Under the pieces are notes generated by a model. The model did no database searches and was not told where the DNA came from. It saw only the letters and a program-made list of their open reading frames with translations. From NCBI RefSeq assembly GCF_949298305.1, contig NZ_CASFWU010000006.1, forward strand, positions 3,507 through 67,506: DNA of 64,000 nt, given 5' to 3'. The first letter of the stretch is position 1, and each line of letters begins with the position of its first letter. A program made the position numbers and the translations under genes. Positions 49,393 through 58,594 of this stretch are shown piece by piece. This stretch comes from an uncultured Bacteroides sp. (GTDB lineage: Bacteria > Bacteroidota > Bacteroidia > Bacteroidales > Bacteroidaceae).

Positions 49393-50889
49393 ATGAACTT
49401 ATTCTTAGAACTCCGCCGCCACGGCAAACTGGCCGCCAAGCGCCACCCGATGTACGAAAAGAACAAATTCGGAAAGTTCTGGATGTACTTCATGGCCGTA
49501 TTCTGGGCCGGCTATCTCATTTTCTTCGGCACCACCTTTGCTTTTGCATTGGACGAAGAGTCACGCGAACCCTACCAAATCATCAACGGTGTACTCATCA
49601 TCATCCTGGCACTCGACTTCCTCATGAGATTCCCTTTCCAAAAGACTCCCACACAGGAAATCAAGCCCTATCTGCTGTTGCCGGTCAGACGCAGCCGTCT
49701 GATAGACTTCCTGCTGCTTCGTTCGGGGCTGGCAGGCTTCAACTTCATCTGGTTGTTTTTTTTCGTGCCTTTGGCCGTCATCAACGTATCGCGCTACTAC
49801 GGTGCAGCCGGCGTGCTGACCTACTGCGCGGGCATCTGGCTGCTGATGGTGCTGAACAACTACTGGTTCCTGCTCTGCCGTACGCTGATGAACGAACGCA
49901 TCTGGTGGGTATTCCTGCCCATCGTGTTCTATGCCGGCATAGGCTGCGCCCTGTTCATCCCCGATGAAAGCCCGCTCTTCGACTGGTCCGTCACATTTGG
50001 AGAAGGATTCGTCACAGGCAATCCGCTCTACTTTCTTGGCCTGATTGTGGCCATTGCCCTCCTTTGGCTCGTCAACCGCAAGGTGATGCAGGGGCTTGTC
50101 TACAGCGAACTGAACAAGGTGGAAGACACCACCGTAAAGGTGCGCAACGTTTCCGAATACCGTTTCCTGGACCGCTACGGCGAGATTGGCGAATACATGC
50201 GTCTGGAACTGAAGCTGCTGCTCCGCAACAAGATATGCAAGGCCTCGCTGCGTTCCATCATCATCGTCGTCCTTGCGTTCAGCGGTCTGCTCGGTTTCAC
50301 CGACATCTACGACTCCACGGGCATGAAAAACTTCATCATGGTGTACAACTACGTCATCTTCGGCACCCTGTTCATCAGCAACATCATGGGCTACGAGGGC
50401 AACTACATCGACGGCCTGATGAGCCGCAAGGAGTCCATCTATGCCCTGCTCCGTGCCAAGTACATCCTTTATAGCCTGGCTATACTGCTCCCATTCCTAT
50501 TGATGATACCCGCCATGGTGATGGGCAAGCTGACCGTCCTGAGTTGTCTGGCCTGGGGCATCTTCACCGCCGGAGCCGTCTACTTCTGCCTGTTCCAGCT
50601 GGCTGTCTACAACAACCGCACCATCGACCTGAACACCAAGCTGACCAACCGCCAGAACATGGGAACGGGCCTGCAGAACCTCATTACCTTCGCCGCCTTC
50701 GGTCTGCCCCTGATGCTGAACCTCCTCCTCACAGTCCTGATGGGCGAAACGGGTACAAACATCGTGCTGACAGTCATCGGAGCGGGCTTCATCCTCACCT
50801 CCCGCTTCTGGCTGAAGAACATCTACCACCGCTTCATGCGACGCAGGTACAAAAACATGGAGGGATTCCGCGACAGCCGGCAACACTAA
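49393..50889 (+). CDS. Polytopic membrane protein (DUF5687-like), probable ABC permease
   Basis: Many hydrophobic segments, IKPYLLLPV motif, adjacent to an ABC ATPase. Family name recalled, not searched. Start MNLFLEL (49393). Confidence 0.7.
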   Translation: MNLFLELRRHGKLAAKRHPMYEKNKFGKFWMYFMAVFWAGYLIFFGTTFAFALDEESREPYQIINGVLIIILALDFLMRFPFQKTPTQEIKPYLLLPVRRSRLIDFLLLRSGLAGFNFIWLFFFVPLAVINVSRYYGAAGVLTYCAGIWLLMVLNNYWFLLCRTLMNERIWWVFLPIVFYAGIGCALFIPDESPLFDWSVTFGEGFVTGNPLYFLGLIVAIALLWLVNRKVMQGLVYSELNKVEDTTVKVRNVSEYRFLDRYGEIGEYMRLELKLLLRNKICKASLRSIIIVVLAFSGLLGFTDIYDSTGMKNFIMVYNYVIFGTLFISNIMGYEGNYIDGLMSRKESIYALLRAKYILYSLAILLPFLLMIPAMVMGKLTVLSCLAWGIFTAGAVYFCLFQLAVYNNRTIDLNTKLTNRQNMGTGLQNLITFAAFGLPLMLNLLLTVLMGETGTNIVLTVIGAGFILTSRFWLKNIYHRFMRRRYKNMEGFRDSRQH

Positions 50890-50948
50890 GGCTGTCATTC
50901 AACATATCTATTCACCACCAACCATTTACCACTAACCCTTATCCACTT

Positions 50949-51734
50949 ATGATAGAGATAACCCAACTGCAAAAGAACTTCGGCACCAAGAAAGCCGTAG
51001 ACATAGAGAACTATACCATCGCCCCGGGCGAAATGCTGGGACTGGTGGGCAACAACGGAGCGGGCAAGACCACCCTCTTCCGCCTGATACTGGACCTGCT
51101 GCAAGCCGACCGCGGCACCGTCAGCATCAACGGCACCGACGTCTCCAAGAGCGAGGACTGGAAGAACTTTACCGGCGCCTTCATCGACGACGGGTTCCTC
51201 ATTGACTACCTGACGCCCGAAGAATACTTCTACTTCATCGGCAAGATGTACGGACTGAAAAAGGAAGAGGTGGACGAGCGCCTGAAGCCCTTCGAGCGGT
51301 TCATGAACGGCGAGGTGCTGGGACAGAAAAAGTTCATCCGCAACTACTCCATGGGCAACAAGCAGAAGATAGGCATCATCTCCGCCATGCTTCACCACCC
51401 GCAGCTGCTCATACTGGACGAGCCGTTCAACTTCCTGGACCCCTCGTCGCAGGCCATCATCAAACACCTGCTCAAACGCTACAACGAGGAACACGCGGCC
51501 ACCGTCATCATCTCCAGCCACAACCTGAACCACACCGTAGACATCTGTCCCCGCATCGCCCTGCTGGAACACGGCGTCATCATCCGCGACCTGCAAAACG
51601 AGAACAACTCTGCCGAACAGGAGCTGGAAGCCTACTTCAACATCCGTGTGGAAGAGGAAATCAGCGAAGAACAGCACGACGACGACCGTTCTGAAACTGC
51701 AGAAGAAAACGAACCAGCCACACCGAAGCCATGA
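50949..51734 (+). CDS. ABC transporter ATP-binding protein
   Basis: Starts MIEITQL at 50949; GNNGAGKTT, YSMGNKQK, ILDEP, SSH. Confidence 0.93.
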   Translation: MIEITQLQKNFGTKKAVDIENYTIAPGEMLGLVGNNGAGKTTLFRLILDLLQADRGTVSINGTDVSKSEDWKNFTGAFIDDGFLIDYLTPEEYFYFIGKMYGLKKEEVDERLKPFERFMNGEVLGQKKFIRNYSMGNKQKIGIISAMLHHPQLLILDEPFNFLDPSSQAIIKHLLKRYNEEHAATVIISSHNLNHTVDICPRIALLEHGVIIRDLQNENNSAEQELEAYFNIRVEEEISEEQHDDDRSETAEENEPATPKP

Positions 51735-52240
51735 GACACCGTCTGTTCCTCATTCTGCTGGCCACAAGCCTGCTGGCCGGCCTGTCCTCCTGCCGCACCA
51801 GTGCCCCGTCATACGACTACCAGGCACTGGCCCAAGCCTCGGTGCGGCTGGGGGTAGACATCGGCCTGAAGGACAACCACGCCCTCTACCTGGAAGCCGC
51901 ACAATGGATAGGCACGCCCTACCGTGCCGGAGGGAGCAGCCGGCGGGGCACAGACTGTTCGGGCTTCGTCTGGCAGATGTACCGGAAAGTGTACGGCAAA
52001 GAACTGTCCCGAAGCTCGGAACAGCAGATGAAAGAAAGCCGCAAGGTGTCGCGCCGCAAGCTGCGTGAAGGCGACCTGGTTTTCTTCGGAACCACCCGGC
52101 GCAAGCGGCGGGTGAGCCACGTTGGCATTTACCTGAAGGAAGGGAAGTTCGTCCACGCCAGCACCAGCCGGGGAGTCATCGTCAGCAGCCTGGACGAACC
52201 CTATTACGAAGAGCGATGGATAAAGGGAGGAAGATACTGA
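51731..52240 (+). CDS. NlpC/P60 (C40) cell-wall peptidase lipoprotein
   Basis: Lipobox LSSC; WIGTPYRAGG, GTDCSGFV, SHVGIY, FVHAS. Confidence 0.93.
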   Translation: MRHRLFLILLATSLLAGLSSCRTSAPSYDYQALAQASVRLGVDIGLKDNHALYLEAAQWIGTPYRAGGSSRRGTDCSGFVWQMYRKVYGKELSRSSEQQMKESRKVSRRKLREGDLVFFGTTRRKRRVSHVGIYLKEGKFVHASTSRGVIVSSLDEPYYEERWIKGGRY

Positions 52241-52372
52241 GCAACGGACAAAAAGGCAGGAAACTGAGCGGAAAAGAACAACGGAGCAAGAAACAGGCAG
52301 ACGGGGCAGCTTCATCAAGCCCACAACAAACCAGCTCCATTTATTCCCCATTGACAATCAGCGACTAAGCCA

Positions 52373-52446
52373 TGCAAGCATCCTGCGTGCTCCATGCAAG
52401 CATCGTGCGCAAGCCATGCAAGCACCGAGCGCGGGCCGTGCAAGCA
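52373..52446. repeat. 22-bp-period TGCAAGCA array, 4 units with variable spacers
   Basis: TGCAAGCA at 52373, 52395, 52417, 52439. Confidence 0.9.
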
Positions 52447-52603
52447 TCCACCCAACGGGGCACAAGCCCTCCCTCCAGACAGCCCCATCCGCAAGCCCTG
52501 CGGGAACAGGAAGCGCATCGGCCACCCGTAGGGAAGGGAACGGAGGCCGACGCACAATCACTTGGTTTACAACAAGAAAGCACTTTATTCGGACTTTACC
52601 AAT

Positions 52604-52698
52604 TATAAAGTGCCACTTTAGTCGCTATAAAGCGTTACTTTAGTCGTTATAAAGTATTGCTTTAGTCGCTATAAAGTGGCACTTTAATCGTTATAAAG
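52604..52698. repeat. 22-bp tandem repeat TATAAAG-N5-CTTTARTCGY, about 4.3 units
   Basis: TATAAAG at 52604, 52626, 52648, 52670, 52692. Confidence 0.9.
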
Positions 52699-52777
52699 CA
52701 TGGCTGAAGTCCGCACAGAGGAATGCTAAAAAAGCTGGACGGCACACGCGCCTCCTCTGCCCAGGCCCGGCAATGGC

Positions 52778-55081
52778 TTATCTCTCCGTCAGCACAAAGC
52801 GCAAGGTACCTCCCTTCACCAGCTCGTCGTGACCGATGCGGTAGCGGTTGAGCTTCTTTCCGCCCAGCTCCATCCGGTCGATGTAGATGGCTTCGGCCGA
52901 CGGACGCTCCGCCTCAATCACCAACTGGTCTGTCCCCCACACCGCGGGGTCGAGCTTGATGACCGCACGGTCAAACACCGGAGCGGTAAGCGTATAGGAC
53001 GGCTCGCCCGGACAGTCGGGATAGAAGCCCAGCATGTTGAAGATGGCCCAGGTGGACATGGTGCCCGTGTCGTCATTGCCCGGTATGCCGTTAGGGGCGT
53101 TCTTGAAGTGCTTGGCCAGCAGGCGGCTCACCTCTTTCTGCGTACGCCACTCCTCACCCTTGAAGTAGGAGAACAGATGGGCGTAGGCGATGTCGGGTTC
53201 GTTGGCGGGGTCGTAAAGGCCCTCGTCGAAGACATACTGCAACTTGTTGACAAAAGCCTTCCGGCCGCCCATCAGACGGGCCAGTCCCTTCACGTCGTGA
53301 GGCACATAGAACGTGTAGTTCCACGAACTGCCTTCATGGAAGCCGGGACACGGCTCGAAGTTCTCGCCCTGGCGTGGGTCGAAAGGCGAATAGAAGCTGC
53401 CGTCGGGCAGGATGGGACGCAGCGTGCCGAACTCCTTGCAATAGTAGTGTTTATAGCCCAGCGAGCGGTCGCGGAAGAGGCGGGCGTCGGCACGATACCG
53501 GGCCGCCTTGTCCTTGTCGCCCCGCGCGGAGGCTTCCTTGGCCAGGGCCGCGGCCAGCAGGGAGATGGAGTTGTCGGCCACGTAATACTCCAGCGCGTGG
53601 GAGACGGAATTGTCATACTTCTCGCGCAAGGGCACGTAACCCAGCTTCAGGTAGTCGTCGTTGTCCGGACGGAGCACGTTCTCCGCACCCGGCAGGGTGG
53701 CAGACTTGTACATGGCTTCGTAGGCCAGTTCCACGTCAAAGTCGCGCAGTCCCTTGAGCCACGTGTCCACAATGACGGGCACGGCCGGGTCGCCCTCCAT
53801 CGTCAGCGTCTCGCGTCCGTAAAGTTCCCACTTGGGCAGCCATCCGTACTCCTTGTACATGCCGAGCATGGAGTTCACCATCTGCAACTGGCGCTCGGGA
53901 TAGACCAGTGTCAGGAGCTGGTGTACGTTGCGGTAGGTATCCCAGAGCGAGAACACCGTGTAGCGGTCTCCTTTAGTGGTCATAATCCGGTCGCTCTCCA
54001 TGGCGGGGTATTCGCCGTTGACGTCCTGCAACAGGTTGGGATGTATCAGCAGGTGGTAGAGCGCGGTATAGAAAATGGTCTTCTGTTCCTCGGTTCCCCC
54101 TTCCACCAGGATGCGCGACAGGTCGTCCTTCCAGCGTCCGCGGGCTTCGTCCAGCACCTGCGCAAAGGTCTTGCCTTTCTGCTCGGCTTCCAGGTTCAGG
54201 CGCGCGTTTTCCATGCTGACAAAGGAAACACCCATCTGCACTTCCACCCGTTCGCCCTCGGCGGTATCGAAAGAAAGAAAGACACCGATGTCGTCACCCG
54301 CCAGTTCCTTGCCGTAGCGGGTATAGAGCTTGTACTTCCCGCTGTCCGCATCCCATTGGGCCTTCACTTCGGACATGGCGCGCTGCTTCTTCCAGTAGCC
54401 CCAGTCGGCAGGCTGCTTGTTGACGCGCATCACGAAATAGATGGGAAAGACAGCCTGCGGGTTGTAGCAGAAAGTACCCAGCAGCTTCATCCCCTCAAAC
54501 TCCCGGTCATTCACCCGCCGCACGAAGGCTCCCGTCTCGTTGGTCAGTCCTTCGCCCAGGTTCAGCAGGATGTGGCTCTCGCCCTCGGGGAAGGTGAAGC
54601 GCGAGAGGCCTGTCCGCGGGGTTGCGGTGACCTCGGTCTTTATCCCGTAGCGGGTCAGGAAGTTGCTGTAATAGCCCGGCGAGGCCTGCTCGTCGCGGTA
54701 AGGACTTCCGTATTCCTTGAAGTCCACGGACAGCTTGCCCGCCGTCGGCATCAGCAGCAGCGAGCCCAGTTCGGGACAGCCTACGCCACTGAGGTTGACG
54801 TGGGAATATCCGGTGAAGTAGCAGTTCTTGTTGTCGTAAGGAGTGGACCACCAGCGGTTGTCCTTGTCGTACTTGTTGTCCGGCGAGCCCATCACGTTGA
54901 AAGGCACCACAGACATCAGCCCGTTGGGGCAGACGGCACCGGGATTGGTAGTGCCGTAATTGGTTGTCCCGATGAAGGGGTTCACATAGTCCAGCGGCGT
55001 TTTGCCGTTTTCCCCTCCGTCGGCCAAAGCCGTGGAGAGACTGAGGACGGAAAGCGTGCAAGCCAATAAGATACGTTTCAT
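52778..55081 (-). CDS. GH92 alpha-mannosidase
   Basis: YVNPFIGT, HVNLSGVGC, FSLWDTYR, FHEGSSWNY, NEPDI, GNDDTGTMS. True start MKRILL (55081); the ORF-caller extension is translated repeat. Confidence 0.93.
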   Translation of the reverse strand: MKRILLACTLSVLSLSTALADGGENGKTPLDYVNPFIGTTNYGTTNPGAVCPNGLMSVVPFNVMGSPDNKYDKDNRWWSTPYDNKNCYFTGYSHVNLSGVGCPELGSLLLMPTAGKLSVDFKEYGSPYRDEQASPGYYSNFLTRYGIKTEVTATPRTGLSRFTFPEGESHILLNLGEGLTNETGAFVRRVNDREFEGMKLLGTFCYNPQAVFPIYFVMRVNKQPADWGYWKKQRAMSEVKAQWDADSGKYKLYTRYGKELAGDDIGVFLSFDTAEGERVEVQMGVSFVSMENARLNLEAEQKGKTFAQVLDEARGRWKDDLSRILVEGGTEEQKTIFYTALYHLLIHPNLLQDVNGEYPAMESDRIMTTKGDRYTVFSLWDTYRNVHQLLTLVYPERQLQMVNSMLGMYKEYGWLPKWELYGRETLTMEGDPAVPVIVDTWLKGLRDFDVELAYEAMYKSATLPGAENVLRPDNDDYLKLGYVPLREKYDNSVSHALEYYVADNSISLLAAALAKEASARGDKDKAARYRADARLFRDRSLGYKHYYCKEFGTLRPILPDGSFYSPFDPRQGENFEPCPGFHEGSSWNYTFYVPHDVKGLARLMGGRKAFVNKLQYVFDEGLYDPANEPDIAYAHLFSYFKGEEWRTQKEVSRLLAKHFKNAPNGIPGNDDTGTMSTWAIFNMLGFYPDCPGEPSYTLTAPVFDRAVIKLDPAVWGTDQLVIEAERPSAEAIYIDRMELGGKKLNRYRIGHDELVKGGTLRFVLTER

Positions 55082-55091
55082 GGTATGGTAT

Positions 55092-55203
55092 GGTTTGAGT
55101 TTTTGAGTTTTTAAGTTTTTAAGTTCTTGAGTTGGTAAGTTCTTGAGTTGGTAAGTTCTTGAGTTTTTAAGTTTTTGAGTTTTTAAGTTGGTAAGTTTGC
55201 AAG
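55092..55203. repeat. 14 x 8-bp degenerate tandem repeat (TTNNT(G/A)AG)
   Basis: AG ends every 8 bp from 55099 to 55203; an inverted 4-5-unit copy lies at 55288-55326. Confidence 0.9.
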
Positions 55204-55328
55204 CTTTAAATTGAAGAAGCAGCACAAACCGTTCGCCCCCTCTCCCGTCCTATCAGGACAAACATATTGCCCCGAAGAACCCCCAAACTCAAAAACTTAA
55301 AAACTTAAAAACTCAAGAACTAAAAACC

Positions 55329-57617
55329 TCACTTCCCTGCCGGTTCCGGCCCCATGGTCAGTTCCAGCGTACCGCCTGCGGCCAGTTGCTGATGGGTGAA
55401 GAAAGGTTCGGTCAGTTCCTCGCCGTTCAGCACCATCTTCTGCACATATTTGTTGGCCGCGCTGTTGTTGGGAGCCACGATGGTGAAGTCTTTTCCATCC
55501 TTCAGGTGAATGACGGCTTTGTTGAACAGCGGACGACCGATGGAGTAGACAGGATTGCCGGGGCATACCTGATAGAAGCCCATGGCGTTCAGGATGTACC
55601 AGGCCGACATCTGTCCGCAGTCCTCATTGCCCGAAAGGCCGTTGGGGTCGTTGAAATAGAGGGTCTGCAGCACCTGGTCCACCAGTTCCTGAGTGCGGTC
55701 GGGCCGGCCTACGTAGTTGTACAAGTGGGTGATGTGGTGGCTCGGCTCGTTGCCGTGGGCATACTGCCCTATCAGTCCCGAAATGTCGGCCGACACGTTC
55801 TCGCCCTCCAGGGCCGAATCGGCCGTGAACAGCGAGTCCAACTTGCCGATGAAGGCCTCGCGGCCTCCCATCAGTTCCACCAGTCCGTCTATGTCGTGCG
55901 GCACAAACCACGTCCACTGCCAGGCTGTACCCTCGCAATAGTCATCGCTGCGGTGGTCGGACGAACGCGGATTGAAAGGCGTGCGCCAGTTTCCCTTGCT
56001 GTCCACACCGCGCATGAAGCGCACCGAGGGGTCGAAATACTTCCGGTAGCCATTGGCAAATTCCTGGTAGCGCTTCTGCCCTTCGGCATCGCCTGCCGCA
56101 CCGGCCAGCACGGAGATACACCAGTCGTTGTAGGCATATTCCAGCGCCTTGGCCACCGCCTCGTTGTCCTTGTCGCAGGGCACATACCCCACCTTGTTCT
56201 TCCAGTACTTGGCGGGCGGCATCAGCTGGCTTCTCACCCAGCGGGTGGTGTTCTTCACGTTGACGGTGTCGTATTGCGAAGCCTGCACGCAAGCCTCGTA
56301 GGCCTCGTTCAGGTCAAAGCCGCGCGCGCCTTTCACGTAAGCGTCCGTTATCACAGAAACGGCATGATAGCCAATCATGGTACCCGTATAGTTGGCAGCC
56401 AGCTCCCACATGGGCAGGGTGCCGCCTTCGCGCTTCTTCAGCAGCAGCGTGCGGACGAAGTCCTGGTTGAGGTCGGGGTCTATGATGGTCATCAGCGGAT
56501 GGAAGGCACGGAAGGTGTCCCACAGGGAGAAGATGGTATAGACCGGTTCTTCTTTCTTGCCCTGATGTATCTCCCAGTCCATGCCCCGGTAGCGGCCGTC
56601 CACGTCGCTGAAGAGATTGGGCTGCAAGCCCGTATGATAGAGAGCCGTGTAGAAGATGGTACGCTGGTCGGAATTGTCCGTATCAATGTCGATGCGTCCC
56701 AGGTAGTCGTTCCAAAGGTTGCGGGCCTCAGCACGCACGCCGTCAAAGTCCCATTCGGGCACTTCCGCCTCCAGGTTGCGGCGCGCGCCGTCCATGTCTA
56801 CGCCGGATATGCCCACCTTCACCAGCACCTGCTCGTCTTTCTGCGTGGCAAAGCGCAACAGCGCTTTGGCCGTAGGCCGTTCAGCCTTGTCGCCGGGTGC
56901 CAGGGCAGGTTCGGTCAGCAACGTGTATTGGAACGGTTTGGAAAATTTGGCGTAAAAATAGAAGCGCTGGTCGGCAGCCCACGAGAAGGTGCTTTTCTGT
57001 CCCCGTATCTCGGTATCGCTCAACACCTCTATCACCATGTCCTTGTTGCGCTGACGTTGCAGGCTGTAGTCCAGGTCTACAATGATGCCCGCCTCGGCCG
57101 TCTCGGGGAAGGTGTAGCGATGGATGGCGGCCCGGCTCGTAGCGGTCAGTTCCGCCTTCACGCCGTAGCGGTCCAGTACGACGGAGTAATAGCCCGGCTC
57201 GGCCGTCTCGCGTTCGTGGCTGAAAGGAGAGGCATAAGCCGTCTGCTGGGCGTCGGCCGGAGTGGGCTCGAAATGCTGTTCGCCCACGGTGGGCATCAGC
57301 AACAGGTCGCCATAGTCGCCGATACCCGTCCCGCTGAGGTGCGTGTGCGAGAATCCGTTTATCGTTGAGTCTTCGTAATAATAACCCGAACAGGCATCCC
57401 ATCCCGTCAGGCGTGTGTCTGGGCTGGGCTGTATCATTCCGTGGGGAACCACCGCCCCCGGGAAGGTATGTCCGTGTCCGCCGGTACCAATCAGCGGATT
57501 GACGTATGCGGCATAATCATTCGGAACGGCGGACGGACGGGAGGTACACAGACTGACCCCGACGCCCAACACCAGCAGGGCCGCAACCTGCATCGTGATT
57601 CTTTTCAGGTTTTTCAT
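55329..57617 (-). CDS. GH92 alpha-mannosidase (possible lipoprotein)
   Basis: YVNPLIGTGGHGHTFPG, HTHLSGTG, FSLWDTFR, YCEGTAWQW, GNEPSHH, GNEDCGQMSAW. Start MKNLKR (57617). Confidence 0.93.
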   Translation of the reverse strand: MKNLKRITMQVAALLVLGVGVSLCTSRPSAVPNDYAAYVNPLIGTGGHGHTFPGAVVPHGMIQPSPDTRLTGWDACSGYYYEDSTINGFSHTHLSGTGIGDYGDLLLMPTVGEQHFEPTPADAQQTAYASPFSHERETAEPGYYSVVLDRYGVKAELTATSRAAIHRYTFPETAEAGIIVDLDYSLQRQRNKDMVIEVLSDTEIRGQKSTFSWAADQRFYFYAKFSKPFQYTLLTEPALAPGDKAERPTAKALLRFATQKDEQVLVKVGISGVDMDGARRNLEAEVPEWDFDGVRAEARNLWNDYLGRIDIDTDNSDQRTIFYTALYHTGLQPNLFSDVDGRYRGMDWEIHQGKKEEPVYTIFSLWDTFRAFHPLMTIIDPDLNQDFVRTLLLKKREGGTLPMWELAANYTGTMIGYHAVSVITDAYVKGARGFDLNEAYEACVQASQYDTVNVKNTTRWVRSQLMPPAKYWKNKVGYVPCDKDNEAVAKALEYAYNDWCISVLAGAAGDAEGQKRYQEFANGYRKYFDPSVRFMRGVDSKGNWRTPFNPRSSDHRSDDYCEGTAWQWTWFVPHDIDGLVELMGGREAFIGKLDSLFTADSALEGENVSADISGLIGQYAHGNEPSHHITHLYNYVGRPDRTQELVDQVLQTLYFNDPNGLSGNEDCGQMSAWYILNAMGFYQVCPGNPVYSIGRPLFNKAVIHLKDGKDFTIVAPNNSAANKYVQKMVLNGEELTEPFFTHQQLAAGGTLELTMGPEPAGK

Positions 57618-57849
57618 GGTTATTTTGAATTTAAGGGTTACTTTCATCCTTACTGCAATTCCGCTCCTGCGGAACCTGTCCGTTTAGTTTGGGTAAAGAT
57701 ACAATTATGTCGGACAGGACAGGTCCCGCACTCCGTTTCTTTAAAGTTTATTAACAACATTGGAACATGGAAGAATTTTGAAAGTCCAACCCATCCGCTT
57801 TTATCGGAAAAAGCGCCTCACCTCTTCAAATTATCTCGGTTAATTGTCG

Positions 57850-57857
57850 TACTTTTG
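57850..57857 (+). promoter_or_regulatory. -7 promoter box upstream of HAD gene
   Basis: TACTTTTG. Confidence 0.6.
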
Positions 57858-57873
57858 CATGCAAAAAGTCACA

Positions 57874-58521
57874 ATGAACTATACGACCTACCTTTTCGAT
57901 TTCGACTATACGCTTGCCGACTCCTCGCGCGGCATTGTCATCTGCTACCGAAACGTGTTGACAAGCCACGGATATACCGAAGTGACGGACGAGGCCATCA
58001 AACGCACCATCGGGAAAACGCTGGAAGAATCATTTTCCATCCTCACCGGCGTTACGGACGAAGAACTGCTGGTCGGTTTCAGGCGAGAATACGTGCAAGA
58101 AGCCAACGTCCACATGACGGTGAACACCCGATTCTTCCCCGAAACCCGGACGGTACTGAAGGAACTGAAGGAACGTGGAGCACGCATCGGCATCATTTCC
58201 ACCAAATACCGTTTCCGCATCCACGAACTGCTGGATCAGCACTTTGCAGACAATTTCATGGACATCATCGTGGGCGGAGAAGACGTACAGGCAGCCAAGC
58301 CCTCGCCCGAAGGACTGCTGCACGCCATCAACCGGCTGAATGCCGACAAGCGCCAAGTACTCTACATAGGCGACAGCACCGTAGATGCCGAGACTGCCCG
58401 GGCAGCCGGAGTAGACTTCGCAGGCATCACCCACGGAGTGACCACCGCCGAAGAACTGGCCCGCTATCCGCACGTCTGCATCATGACGTCACTGGAAGAG
58501 CTTTTGAATGAACAGGACTAA
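57874..58521 (+). CDS. HAD-superfamily hydrolase (phosphoglycolate phosphatase-like)
   Basis: YLFDFDYTL (DxD), IISTK, AKPSPEG, YIGDSTVD. Confidence 0.9.
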   Translation: MNYTTYLFDFDYTLADSSRGIVICYRNVLTSHGYTEVTDEAIKRTIGKTLEESFSILTGVTDEELLVGFRREYVQEANVHMTVNTRFFPETRTVLKELKERGARIGIISTKYRFRIHELLDQHFADNFMDIIVGGEDVQAAKPSPEGLLHAINRLNADKRQVLYIGDSTVDAETARAAGVDFAGITHGVTTAEELARYPHVCIMTSLEELLNEQD

Positions 58522-58562
58522 ACCTGTCCGAAGCAGATGTCAGGAAAATATTTATAGATTTA

Positions 58563-58594
58563 TTTGCTTGTCTGAAGCAAAAGCAGTAATTTTG
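58563..58594 (+). promoter_or_regulatory. Bacteroidetes sigma-A promoter of rplU-rpmA
   Basis: TTTG (58563-66), 20 nt, TAATTTTG (58587-94). Confidence 0.8.

Noticed and set aside
52373-52698. CRISPR array interpretation of the 22-bp arrays
   Set aside because: Repeat and spacer are about 11 bp each, far below CRISPR sizes; no leader or cas genes are present. Kept as a non-CRISPR repeat finding.
55082-55225. 48-aa N-terminal extension of GH92 in the ORF track
   Set aside because: It is the translated 8-bp repeat (KLKN/TQKL); a proper signal peptide begins at 55081.
46618-57368. Long antisense ORFs 46618-49308, 52829-55069, 55386-57368
   Set aside because: Mirror frames of the M16 peptidase and GH92 genes with no independent evidence.
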